A stretch of 64,000 bases of DNA from an uncultured Verrucomicrobiae bacterium (GTDB taxonomy: Bacteria; Verrucomicrobiota; Verrucomicrobiia; Limisphaerales; Palsa-1400): the NCBI GenBank assembly GCA_963764165.1, contig CAVXRD010000004.1:352001-416000 (forward strand), read 5' to 3'. How positions within the stretch are numbered: the stretch's first letter is position 1; each line of letters starts with the position of its first letter. The translations under genes and the position numbers were made by a program. The notes beneath the pieces are model-generated. The model saw only the letters and a list, made by a program, of their open reading frames with translations. It did no database searches and was not told the DNA's origin. Positions 20,176-29,422 of the stretch are shown piece by piece.

Positions 20176-21603
20176 CTATTGAGCAACGGCGCGGTAAAAG
20201 CGCTGCCTGTTTGCTGGCGGCTGGGGATCGGAAAAGTAAAATTCGCCACCACCCACCGCATTCGTTTGCACCGAATTCCAGTTTTGAAGGTCGGGGCTTG
20301 ATTGAACAACGACGGTGGCTCCTGGTGTGTTGGTGACATTGAATCCAAAAGTTCCGCTGGTGAACCCAAACGCCGAGTCAATAAGAATGGAAACAGCAGG
20401 CGGCACTACAGACAGCCGGAAAACGGTGCCGGCCTCCGATTTGCCGCCCTCAACCGTCGTGCCGTAAAAACTCCCGTCGCTTCCCTGTAGAAGCGGCGAC
20501 TCGGGCGACCATGCGTTGGTGCCGCCCATGCAGGAATAAAGTGGCGTGAACGCGCCATTTGCGGTGATCCGGAAGATCGTCCCATAATATTGGTACGCCC
20601 CCCCACCGGATGCCGTGCCGTAAAAATTTCCGTCGCTGGCTTGAATCAGCGCTGCCATCGGGCCGTTGCCGTCCAGCCCGTTCGTGAAACTGTACAGCGG
20701 CGTTAAGACGCCCGCGGCAGTGATTTTGAAAATGGCGCCCAGCGAATTTGTCCCGCCCACCCCCGTCGTTCCGTAAAAATTTCCGTCGCTTCCCTGGACG
20801 AGCGCGGATTGGGGGCACCCGCCGTCAACGCCGTTAGTGAAGTAATAAATATTTGTGAGCTCGCCGCTGGAGCTGATCTTGAACACAGTTCCGGCGCCGC
20901 CGTAGGCAGAGGCAGCATGCGGCCCGCCATATTGAGTTGTCCCGTAAAAATACCCATCGCTGCCCTGAATGAGGCTGGAATTGAAGTTGACGCCAGGATA
21001 CGTGCTCCCACCGGTGAATGAATACAAATTGGAGAATTCCCCGTTCGTGCTGACCATAAATATGGTGCCAAAGTTATTGCTTCCGCCGTATTTTGTGGTG
21101 CCGTATAATTTGCCATCGGCGGCTAGGATGACCCCGGTGGCGGGATATTGGCCATCAGGGCCGGAGAATGAATGGAGATAGGTCGGCGTGCCATTTGTTG
21201 TCATTTGAAATACCGTCCCCAGATTGCTCGCCCCGCCTTCTATGGTTGTGCCGTAAAAATTCCCGTCGATTCCTTTGACAAGCCCAGAGGGGGGCCCTTG
21301 GTCATCTGTATAACCGTTGAAGGAATAAAGATTTGTGAACTCGCCGCCAGGGCTGATTTTGAAGATGGTGCCACCTTCATAATAGGCTCCTCCGTTTTGT
21401 GTAGTGCCGTAAAAGTTGCCGTCGCTGTCTTGAACCAATCCAGTCTGCGTATTTCCGCCGTCCAAGCCACTGAAGGAATGGAGATTGGTGAAGACAACTT
21501 CCGCGTCAAGACTCATGATTCCACCGGCGGCGAGAGCAATGGTGAAAATCAGTGAGCGGCGGTGCAACACTCCACCTGAACTGCGATGTAACGAGGTTTT
21601 CAT
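20176..21603 (-). CDS. Secreted GloVer-type tandem-repeat (beta-propeller-like) protein
   Basis: About 7 repeats of L.QGSDGNFYGTT..GG....GT.F......LYSF; signal peptide; C-terminal ...RFYRAV. Confidence 0.88.
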   Translation of the reverse strand: MKTSLHRSSGGVLHRRSLIFTIALAAGGIMSLDAEVVFTNLHSFSGLDGGNTQTGLVQDSDGNFYGTTQNGGAYYEGGTIFKISPGGEFTNLYSFNGYTDDQGPPSGLVKGIDGNFYGTTIEGGASNLGTVFQMTTNGTPTYLHSFSGPDGQYPATGVILAADGKLYGTTKYGGSNNFGTIFMVSTNGEFSNLYSFTGGSTYPGVNFNSSLIQGSDGYFYGTTQYGGPHAASAYGGAGTVFKISSSGELTNIYYFTNGVDGGCPQSALVQGSDGNFYGTTGVGGTNSLGAIFKITAAGVLTPLYSFTNGLDGNGPMAALIQASDGNFYGTASGGGAYQYYGTIFRITANGAFTPLYSCMGGTNAWSPESPLLQGSDGSFYGTTVEGGKSEAGTVFRLSVVPPAVSILIDSAFGFTSGTFGFNVTNTPGATVVVQSSPDLQNWNSVQTNAVGGGEFYFSDPQPPANRQRFYRAVAQ

Positions 21604-21780
21604 ATTCTTGTGACGACTGACCAGCCCGGACCGGACGGGGCTATCCAATGCTCGTTTAACGACCGAAAATCAAGCGGTCTTTACATGGTAAGCTCTCGGT
21701 GGGCGGGGATAGAATTCTTCATCAGGCATCAGGAGCGGAAATCTTGCGCGCATGGCAAACGATTGGATGCAGATTGATAT

Positions 21781-21826
21781 ATAATCTCCAAAAATCGGTA
21801 ACAATAATCTCCAAAAATCGGTAACA
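21781..21826 (+). repeat. Perfect 23-bp tandem duplication ATAATCTCCAAAAATCGGTAACA x2
   Basis: Read directly: 21781-21803 is identical to 21804-21826. Confidence 0.95.
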
Positions 21827-22035
21827 TCCGCTACATTGTTGATTATAAAGCATTTAGACAGCTACAAAAGGTTCCTCGCCATTTTCGGTGGAATGAGACA
21901 ACTCGTTAGCCGTCGTTGCGGGACAACCCATTTGGAACCCAGGCTTGGTCTTGGCTTGGCCAAAGCTCGGTATAGTATATGATCTCGAAAAAGGGGCAAC
22001 ACCCGCTACACGGTTGACCATCAACGAGATAAGGG

Positions 22036-22228
22036 GCAACAAAATAGCAACAAACCCGCAACAGACCCGCAACATTTCTTCCCGCGCTGTCGGGTTGCAT
22101 GAAACGCGGCGTCTTTCCGTCGCTCACTGAAAATTTTCATCAAGATGCCCGCACCATCATTTGTTCCATTGAAAACAGCGAGGAACCCTACAAATGGGTA
22201 ACAAGCCGGTAACAAAAGGTAACATTTC
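22036..22228 (+). repeat. Two arrays of ~11-bp-phased GCAACA/GTAACA hexamers
   Basis: GCAACA at 22036, 22047, 22058, 22069; CCTACA/GTAACA at 22187, 22198, 22209, 22219. Both arrays end in AACATTTC. Confidence 0.8.
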
Positions 22229-22399
22229 GTGCCTCCCCGCTTGTTTTCGACTCGTCCGCTTCCAATAAAAACGGGCTGCCTCAGACCTTTTACAACAAGG
22301 AAACGAAGAGTTTTGTCGAACACCCAGCCCAGTTGAAGAATGAGTTGAGCCGTTGAATTGCTTTGAAAACCGCCATCAAATGTGGCACCTGCTCCGCCA

Positions 22400-22765
22400 A
22401 TGATAAGTGAACCGTTGCAAAAGGCCGCCGACGCGCTGGGCTTGGATCGTTATTCGTCTCACATCTTTCTGTGCGCAGACCCAACCGAGCCCAAGTGCTG
22501 CGCGAAGGAAATTGGGTTGGAATCGTGGGAATTTCTCAAGCGGCGGTTGAAGGAGCTGAATCTCGCAGGGCCCGAGCGGATCATCTTTCGCACGAAGGCC
22601 AATTGCCTTCGGGTGTGCGTCAATGGCCCGATTGCCGTCATTTATCCCGGCGGTGTGTGGTATCACTCGTGCACTTCAGCGGTTTTGGAGCGTGTTATTC
22701 AGGAGCACATTCTCGGCGGGCGCGTGGTGCGGGATTATTTGATCGCGGAAAATCCAGTTCTGTAA
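22400..22765 (+). CDS. Thioredoxin-like [2Fe-2S] ferredoxin
   Basis: HIFLC...[28 protein letters not shown]. Confidence 0.9.
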   Translation: MISEPLQKAADALGLDRYSSHIFLCADPTEPKCCAKEIGLESWEFLKRRLKELNLAGPERIIFRTKANCLRVCVNGPIAVIYPGGVWYHSCTSAVLERVIQEHILGGRVVRDYLIAENPVL

Positions 22766-22839
22766 GCCGTAACAAACTTGTCACTGGAACTTCATTGGCT
22801 TTCGCTTGCCTCGGGCTACGCGAATCAGAATACTTCGAT

Positions 22840-24396
22840 ATGCGATTCTTGAAAACGATCTCTGCGATATTGGGTTTGGCCGCAGTTGGCCTTCCGGCGA
22901 TGGGCGCCGGGAACGGAAAACACGTCATCCTCATGGTTTGGGACGGCATGCGTTTTGATTACGCGACACCGGAAAATGCGCCGAACTTGTGCAAACTGGC
23001 CGAGGGTGGTGTCACATTTCTGCATCACCACCCCGTCTATATCAGCGTGACGGAAGTGAACGCGACGGCGATGGCCACCGGCGTTTATCCCGGACAAAGC
23101 GGAATTATCGGCAACAACGATTTCCGCCCGGGAATTGATCCGAACAAACCCATTGAATCCGATTCAGAGTCCGCCATCCGCAAAGGCGACTCGGATTTGC
23201 CGGAACATTTCATCGCTTATCCCACGGTGGCCGAAATTCTTCACGCCAACGGACTGCGCACCGCCATCACCGGCACCAAGCCGGTCGCGCTGCTGCATGA
23301 CCGCGCCGAGCGCGCTGATGGCGATCCGAACGGCGTGGTGTTCGCCGGCAACACCCTGCCCGCTTCGCTAAAAGAAAAACTCGAAGAAACCTTGGGCGAA
23401 TTTCCAAAAGCCGGATTGGACAAAATCAAATTGGACCAATGGACGCTTGGCGCCCTGACGAATGCGCTTTGGAAAGACAACCTGCCGGATTACTCGCTGC
23501 TGTGGATGGCGGAGCCGGATTTCTCCCAACACCGCGCCGGTCCAGGCTCGGCCGCCGCCTTGAAAGCCATCAAGGGCGACGATGACAATTTGGGCAAGCT
23601 TATTGAGGCCTTGAGGGCAAAAAATATGTATGACTCCACCGACATTATCATCGTCTCCGACCACGGTTTCTCGACCGTGCTGACGAATTGCGATGTCGCC
23701 AAGACGCTTGAAATGAACGGAATTCCCGCCTATCGCCGCGCCCCGCGGGACGGCCAAAAACCTGGCGACGTCATGGTGGTTGGAAATGCGGGTTCAGTCT
23801 TCTGTTACGTCAACGGTCACGACGCGAAACGCATCGAGCAAGTCGTCCATTGCTTGCAAGCGCAGGAATATGCGGGCGTTATTTTCAGCAGTGTTCCAGT
23901 TGAAGGCGCGTTTTCGCTGGCCGACGGCCATGTCGATACGACCCATCATCCGGACGTCATCATGGCCATGCGCTGGACGCCGGATATCAGCAAGACCGGC
24001 GCGCCAGTGATGATTTATTCCGACGGCACCAGCTACACGCCGGGACATGGAACGCACGGCACCTTGAGCATGACCGATATGCACAACATCTGTTTCGCCA
24101 GTGGGCCGGATTTCGCCAAGGGCATGAAAGATTCGCTGCCAAGCGGCAATATCGATGTGGCCCCCACCATTCTCTGGCTGCTTGGTGTTCAGCCGAAAGA
24201 AAAAATGACCGGCCGCGTCTTGTCCGAAGCGTTGACGATTCCCGCGCCGCCCATCGGCGAGGTGATCGAACAGCGCAAAGAATCGTCCTTCAAAGGAGAC
24301 GGTTTCACCTGGCGCCAATATCTTGACTGGTCTTCGGTCAACGGCGTGCAATACTTCGACCAGGGTGATGGGATGGTGGAAAAATCCAGCCATTGA
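22840..24396 (+). CDS. Alkaline phosphatase superfamily (nucleotide pyrophosphatase/phosphodiesterase)
   Basis: WDGMR, nucleophile Thr in SVTEVN, EPDFSQH, SDHGF, GTHG, NIDVAPT; signal peptide. Confidence 0.88.
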   Translation: MRFLKTISAILGLAAVGLPAMGAGNGKHVILMVWDGMRFDYATPENAPNLCKLAEGGVTFLHHHPVYISVTEVNATAMATGVYPGQSGIIGNNDFRPGIDPNKPIESDSESAIRKGDSDLPEHFIAYPTVAEILHANGLRTAITGTKPVALLHDRAERADGDPNGVVFAGNTLPASLKEKLEETLGEFPKAGLDKIKLDQWTLGALTNALWKDNLPDYSLLWMAEPDFSQHRAGPGSAAALKAIKGDDDNLGKLIEALRAKNMYDSTDIIIVSDHGFSTVLTNCDVAKTLEMNGIPAYRRAPRDGQKPGDVMVVGNAGSVFCYVNGHDAKRIEQVVHCLQAQEYAGVIFSSVPVEGAFSLADGHVDTTHHPDVIMAMRWTPDISKTGAPVMIYSDGTSYTPGHGTHGTLSMTDMHNICFASGPDFAKGMKDSLPSGNIDVAPTILWLLGVQPKEKMTGRVLSEALTIPAPPIGEVIEQRKESSFKGDGFTWRQYLDWSSVNGVQYFDQGDGMVEKSSH

Positions 24397-24477
24397 TCCG
24401 CACGGGCAAATATGCACCTATTTCGGCAAATTGCCTGGAGGCGGAATTCAGAGTTCCGTTTGCGGCAATTTGCTGGC

Positions 24478-24695
24478 CGCATCCCGGATGGGATGCAAGC
24501 TTGCAGCCGGTGGTTGAGCGAAGCGATGCCACCGGGAACACGCCCCACTTATCTGTATGCATCCTGAAGGGATGGCAGCCTCCCAGCCATTCTGCCTGGC
24601 TGTCACCCCGGCCGGGGTGAATCATTTCTATCTATGTAACCGGTGGCATCGCGTTGCTCCACCACCGGCTATAAGCTGCGATGCCTCCGGCATCT
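24478..24695. repeat. Composite inverted-repeat element, family D
   Basis: AGCCGGTGGTTGAGCGAAGCGATGCCACCGG is followed by an inverted copy CCGGTGGCATCGCGTTGCTCCACCACCGGCT. Small GCATCCC..GGGATGC hairpins are also present. Confidence 0.7.
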
Positions 24696-24701
24696 TGACT
24701 G

Positions 24702-25139
24702 ATGAACTCCGAGAATAAAACGGATGGCTTGCTGAAACCCTTCGCGGTGGTGGCAGCCGTCTCGCTGATTTTTTACTCGGTGGGATTCTCCTGGATTCAA
24801 CATCGCCGGACCGCCCGCGGCCCATGGCAGGTTGAATTCCAGGCCGGCGCAGGCGGCGCTCCATCGCTGGTGATTTCTCAAACGAACTTGAATGTTTTTG
24901 AAACAATCGTCTTTCCGACCAACAAGGTTTCCGCGCAGAATCTTCCGCGGACAGTTCGATTTGAGCCGAATGCGGCCGACATTCCGTTTGGGGAAGTGAA
25001 GTACCAGGATTCGATGTATCTCCCGGGAACGGTGACACTTGAGCTGTTTGGCCACGAGATTGAATTAATCCCGCGCGTTTTGAAAATCGACGCCCGGGAA
25101 TATTCATGGCAGTCTGGGGGAACGCTTGAAGTCCATTGA
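24702..25139 (+). CDS. Hypothetical protein with N-terminal membrane anchor
   Basis: ATG ORF with an N-terminal TM helix; fills the gap in the same orientation as its neighbours. Confidence 0.7.
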   Translation: MNSENKTDGLLKPFAVVAAVSLIFYSVGFSWIQHRRTARGPWQVEFQAGAGGAPSLVISQTNLNVFETIVFPTNKVSAQNLPRTVRFEPNAADIPFGEVKYQDSMYLPGTVTLELFGHEIELIPRVLKIDAREYSWQSGGTLEVH

Positions 25140-25247
25140 GCAGGACGACGGTGTTTGACCTAAAGATTTCGGCCAAATTGCCGATGACAGAGCGGGACGG
25201 TGTCGCTTTCCCGCCGTCCGCGCGTCGAACGGGAGAGCTTTGATCGA

Positions 25248-26930
25248 TTGAAAAAACAACTCTGCTTTATCGGATTTGCGGAAAGCGAACTGCTCCGCCT
25301 CCAGCCTTCGCTGGAGGCGACCGCGAATCGCTGGGAGTGCGTGCACTACCGCAGCACGGACGACGCGCTGAAAGCCATGCGCGAAACGCCGTATGATGTC
25401 ATGATCGCGAACCTCAGCCCGGACGGCCTGCACGACGCCGCTTTCCTCCAGAACGCAGCCATCGCCCATCCACGCATGATTCGCCTTGTCCTTGGTGATG
25501 TGGCGGATCGGGAAATGGTCGTGGGATGCATGGGCGCCGCCCATCAATTCATTTCCAAGCCATGGAAGCCGCCGGAATTAATTTCGATCATTGAGCGCAG
25601 CCTGGCGCTTGATTCGTGGCTTTCGAGCGACAGTTTGCGGCTATTCATTCCCCGCCTGGGGACGCTGCCAGGTTTGCCTTCCACTTACTTCGAGGTTCTG
25701 AAAAAGGCCGAATCGCCCAATTGCACCGTGGAGTCAATCGCCGACGTCATCGCGCGCGACCCGTCGTTGACAGCGCGATTGCTGCAAATGGTCAATTCGC
25801 CCGCCTCTGGCTTGAAAGAAAAAATCACAAGCCCGGCCGACGCGGTTTCGATGATGGGGATCGACGCTGTCAAATCATTGGTGCTGTGCTTGCAGCTTTT
25901 TTCGCAAACGTCCCCCGCGGATGCCGCCGGTCTGTCGCTGGATCGCCTGTGGCATCACAGTTTTATGGTCGCCAAGACGGCCGCGAAAGTGGTCTTGCGC
26001 TGCATCGCCAGCGAGCGCATGGCCAGCGAGGCTTACACGGCTGGGCTCTTGCACAACATCGGCCAGATTGTCATGGCCACGAATCTCTCGGGAGAATATT
26101 CGGCGGTCGTGCTGTACGCCCGCGAAAACAAATGCACGCTGCAGGACGCCGAAATCAAACTGCTGGGCGTCACCAGCAATCAGGTCGGCGCTTACCTGCT
26201 CGGCGTTTGGGGAATGCCGCTGGCCGTGCTGGAATCCACCGCGCTTCACTTGAATCCGTCCTCTGTGCAGCCGCCGGAGTTTTCATTGTTGACAGCCGTG
26301 CATGTCGCGAATGTTCTGGCCTGGGACGAGGATTCGGGCGACCTGAAGTTTCAGTTGCCAAAATTGGATTCCGACTACCTGCGAACCATGGAAATGCCGC
26401 GGAAACCAGACGCCTGGCGGAAATTCCTGGCGGAAGGCCCGTCGCAGGAGAAAATCCAGGCGCCCCGCCCTGCCCCGACGCTGGTCGAACCACCACCGCC
26501 GGTTCGCGCCAAACCAATCAAGGTCAAGGACGAAGCCGAAACCAGGCCCTCGAATAAGCCATCCTTTTTCTTTATTGGCCTGATCGTTCTGGCCGTGCTG
26601 GGCTTGGTGGCAAAAAACCGATATTTTCCCGGCCACGCCTCGGAAGCGGGTGACAACACAGAGCCAAAGCCCGCCGGTTCCAACTCCGCCAATCCCGCCC
26701 CAGACGCGCCGGCCGCCCAGCAGCGCAAGCCAGCCGAGCCGGACCCGGTGGACTTCGATATGATCAAGCTGCAAGGCATAATTTATATGCGCCGCAATCC
26801 TGTCGCTCTCGTGAATGGAAAAACGGTGGCGCCGGGCGATATGCTGGGAGCGGTGAAAATTGTTTCCATGACGACGAACAGCGTGGTGATGTCATGCAAG
26901 GGCGTTCAGAAGACCTTTTTTCTGAAATGA
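25248..26930 (+). CDS. Pseudo-receiver + HDOD + TM + GspB/PilP-like C-terminal domain
   Basis: REC fold (YDVMIAN...FISKPW); HDOD (DPSLTARLLQMVNS, LWHHS, AGLLHNIG); TM helix; KLQGIIY..NPVALVNGK. TTG start chosen. Confidence 0.8.
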   Translation: MKKQLCFIGFAESELLRLQPSLEATANRWECVHYRSTDDALKAMRETPYDVMIANLSPDGLHDAAFLQNAAIAHPRMIRLVLGDVADREMVVGCMGAAHQFISKPWKPPELISIIERSLALDSWLSSDSLRLFIPRLGTLPGLPSTYFEVLKKAESPNCTVESIADVIARDPSLTARLLQMVNSPASGLKEKITSPADAVSMMGIDAVKSLVLCLQLFSQTSPADAAGLSLDRLWHHSFMVAKTAAKVVLRCIASERMASEAYTAGLLHNIGQIVMATNLSGEYSAVVLYARENKCTLQDAEIKLLGVTSNQVGAYLLGVWGMPLAVLESTALHLNPSSVQPPEFSLLTAVHVANVLAWDEDSGDLKFQLPKLDSDYLRTMEMPRKPDAWRKFLAEGPSQEKIQAPRPAPTLVEPPPPVRAKPIKVKDEAETRPSNKPSFFFIGLIVLAVLGLVAKNRYFPGHASEAGDNTEPKPAGSNSANPAPDAPAAQQRKPAEPDPVDFDMIKLQGIIYMRRNPVALVNGKTVAPGDMLGAVKIVSMTTNSVVMSCKGVQKTFFLK

Positions 26931-26934
26931 TGCC

Positions 26935-27696
26935 TCATTCAATGATTCTCACCGCCCCGTTCCGCATTGCTGCGACGCAGCCGAGATGGTCACGCTGGAA
27001 GCAAAATGCCACGTCATCCCGCAGTGCTGGCATGGATAAAAGGCGTCTCGCATTCTTCGAATGGCGGGCGAGGCCGGCATGCGCGTCGTTTTTTGTGTCG
27101 AGATAAATTTGCCGCGCGATTTGCGCGGAGTCCGAAATTTCATTGGCGTCAAACTTGTCCCACACCAAATCGCACAATGCGCCCGCCGCCAGTGTGTCTT
27201 CGTAAGCGGCTTCCTCGTAAGTGCCGGCGCACACCACGATCAGATGTTTGGCCCGGTCGCGTTCCAGTCGCACTGCGGTGGCTTGGAGATTCAGCCAGGC
27301 AGCGGCAAGAATTTGCTTCGCGCCGGCGCACGCTTGCAACGCCCTGGTCCCATTGGTCGTCGTCATGATGATGTCGCGATTGGCGACGACGCCGATTGTA
27401 AATTCGCGCGGCGAATTGCCGTGATCGAAATCAACGCTTCCTGTTTGCGCGGCAAGTATTCGCACGCCATCGCGCTCGCCCGCCAGCAGCGCGCCAGGCA
27501 TCTTGGAATGGAGCTTCATTGCTTCGGGAATGTCGCGAACAGGGAGGATTGAATTCGCGCCGTTGGCCAGCGCGGTCAGCATGGAAGTTGTCGCGCGCAA
27601 GACGTCGTAGACGACACAATGCGTTGCCGATAAATCGCGGCTGGCCAGGGCGGAAAAATCGGCGGGAGTGAAGAGCACCTCCAAGGTAGATTTCAT
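26935..27696 (-). CDS. comB: 2-phosphosulfolactate phosphatase family
   Basis: DVLRATTS, LAGERDG, GNSPRE, TTTNGT, EDTLAAG. Confidence 0.9.
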   Translation of the reverse strand: MKSTLEVLFTPADFSALASRDLSATHCVVYDVLRATTSMLTALANGANSILPVRDIPEAMKLHSKMPGALLAGERDGVRILAAQTGSVDFDHGNSPREFTIGVVANRDIIMTTTNGTRALQACAGAKQILAAAWLNLQATAVRLERDRAKHLIVVCAGTYEEAAYEDTLAAGALCDLVWDKFDANEISDSAQIARQIYLDTKNDAHAGLARHSKNARRLLSMPALRDDVAFCFQRDHLGCVAAMRNGAVRIIE

Positions 27697-27703
27697 AAGT
27701 GAA

Positions 27704-29209
27704 CTAATTTTTCCGCGGCAGCCGGCCGAGCCAATACGAGCCGACGCCGTACTTCCATTCCAATTCCGGCAAAAATGATGTTGGGTCTCCGCGCGCGCTT
27801 AAAACAAGGCGGTCGGACGGGCGCATCTTTTTGATCCATGGACGGTAAGCATCGGGCGATCCGCCGTTGGACAGAATCGCCATGTATGTTTCCAAGTCTT
27901 CCCGCGGCATGAAGGCTGGCTCGAATCCAGCGGAGTATTTCCACGGGGCGGCCGGGTTGCGGAAGAAAGTGTGATAGAAAAATTCCAGGTCGGACTCGTA
28001 GAAAATTCCGCCCGCGTCTGGAAGCCAGCCGGCGAGACGGGGATCTTCGGCAGTCAAGTATTGCATCGCGGCAGAGGACGACCAGCGGCTGTCGGCATCG
28101 CTGGTTGTGGTCACAAATACGACGACGGCCAGGCCAGCCGCGATGCCGATTCGTTTCACCGCGCCCGCTTGGATTCGCAGCGAAAGCAGCATGTCCAAAT
28201 CGAGCGCGATCAAAACCATCAAAGCCGGCAGGCCCCAATCGTCCCATATTCGTTCCGCTTCAAATCCCAGCGCCCAGCCGATGGCCGCCAGCCAGAAACT
28301 CGGTTCCGACCAAAGCGGCCGGCACGGAAGTTTCGCAAGCTGACGCATCACCACCAGCGCGCCCAGCAACAGCAGCGGAAACCAATTGCCGGCGGTCGGA
28401 CGCAATTCAGTAACGAGCGTGGTTTGGGACAAGTGAAGGCCAACGGCATTGCGCGCCTGCATCCACGCTTCCACGATATAGACGACGGGGTGCCCTGTGC
28501 ATGCCGCTCCGAGAATCGTCCCAGCCACCCAGCATCCCGCCAGCGCGATTCCCCAGTGAAATCGCCGGGCCAAGAAAAATGCCGCCACCGGCAGCGCCCA
28601 AAAATACCACACGCCATGCAGCAAAACCGCGAGCGCGATCAAAATCGTCACGGCCGCGCACGAGCGTTTGCCCGGCTCCTTCGCCCACGGGGCCGATGTC
28701 AAAAATAAAACCGTGACCAGTTCTGTGATCGTCAACAAGAAAGGCCGCCCCATCATGAACCGCCGCATGAAGGGAGATTGGATTCCCAACGTTAGAACAA
28801 GCGTGATGAGCCACGCTTCCGGCCGCTTGAGCCAGGGCAGCGCCGACCAGCCCACCAGCACGAACAGCGCTCCCATCGCAAACAGCGCCAGTGATTCGTC
28901 AGAACAGTTCGTCCACAAATGAATTTGCCGAAGGACTGTGTGCCAGCCGATGTGATTATCAATGGCGTAATCAGGCCGGAGCACCAGAATTTCCGGCCAC
29001 GGTTTTCCAGTGATCGATTTGGCGGAATCCGCCAGGACATCGTCCGGCGGCAGAAATCCATAGCTGAAAATCTTCAGCGGCAATATCAGCACAATCAAAA
29101 GCGCAATCGCGAAAACGAGCATCGGCACGTAGCGGCCAACGCCAGACACCCCGCCGTCCCCGGTTTCCGAATCGCCATTCAATGAGTGGGACGCTAGAGG
29201 ATTGCTCAA
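27704..29209 (-). CDS. Polytopic membrane protein, possibly a GT-C-fold glycosyltransferase
   Basis: About 10 TM helices; acidic DD after TM1 (PPDD); RP motif; soluble C-terminus. Start uncertain (29209 or 29122). Confidence 0.6.
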   Translation of the reverse strand: MSNPLASHSLNGDSETGDGGVSGVGRYVPMLVFAIALLIVLILPLKIFSYGFLPPDDVLADSAKSITGKPWPEILVLRPDYAIDNHIGWHTVLRQIHLWTNCSDESLALFAMGALFVLVGWSALPWLKRPEAWLITLVLTLGIQSPFMRRFMMGRPFLLTITELVTVLFLTSAPWAKEPGKRSCAAVTILIALAVLLHGVWYFWALPVAAFFLARRFHWGIALAGCWVAGTILGAACTGHPVVYIVEAWMQARNAVGLHLSQTTLVTELRPTAGNWFPLLLLGALVVMRQLAKLPCRPLWSEPSFWLAAIGWALGFEAERIWDDWGLPALMVLIALDLDMLLSLRIQAGAVKRIGIAAGLAVVVFVTTTSDADSRWSSSAAMQYLTAEDPRLAGWLPDAGGIFYESDLEFFYHTFFRNPAAPWKYSAGFEPAFMPREDLETYMAILSNGGSPDAYRPWIKKMRPSDRLVLSARGDPTSFLPELEWKYGVGSYWLGRLPRKN

Positions 29210-29218
29210 TCTTTGGCA

Positions 29219-29353
29219 AGGTAGGGCCGCCTCGACGAGGCGTCTGGGGTGAGGGATTATCCACGCGAAGGCCATGCGCTAAGTCCCGAGCAACCGGACG
29301 CCTGGGCCAGCCTTAGCGGAGCTTCGGCTCGGTAAACGAGGCGTCCCCAGCTT
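29219..29353. repeat. REP-like family A pair
   Basis: AGGTAGGGCCGCCTCGACGAGGCGTC ... CGAGGCGTCCCCAGCT. Confidence 0.55.
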
Positions 29354-29422
29354 GGATATGGGGCGTTTGCACGCTTGTTATTTGCAGATGAGCGGTTCAT
29401 TTTGTTCCTCGCGAGTGAAAAA

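Noticed and set aside
21781..22230. CRISPR array
   Set aside because: The 23-bp repeats are directly adjacent with no spacer, the other repeats are only hexamers, and no cas genes are present.
22471..22839. N-terminal extension of the phosphodiesterase ORF
   Set aside because: Overlaps the ferredoxin gene; the signal peptide begins at ATG 22840.
26935..27696. Coenzyme M biosynthesis
   Set aside because: ComB-family phosphatases are widespread, and no other com genes are present.
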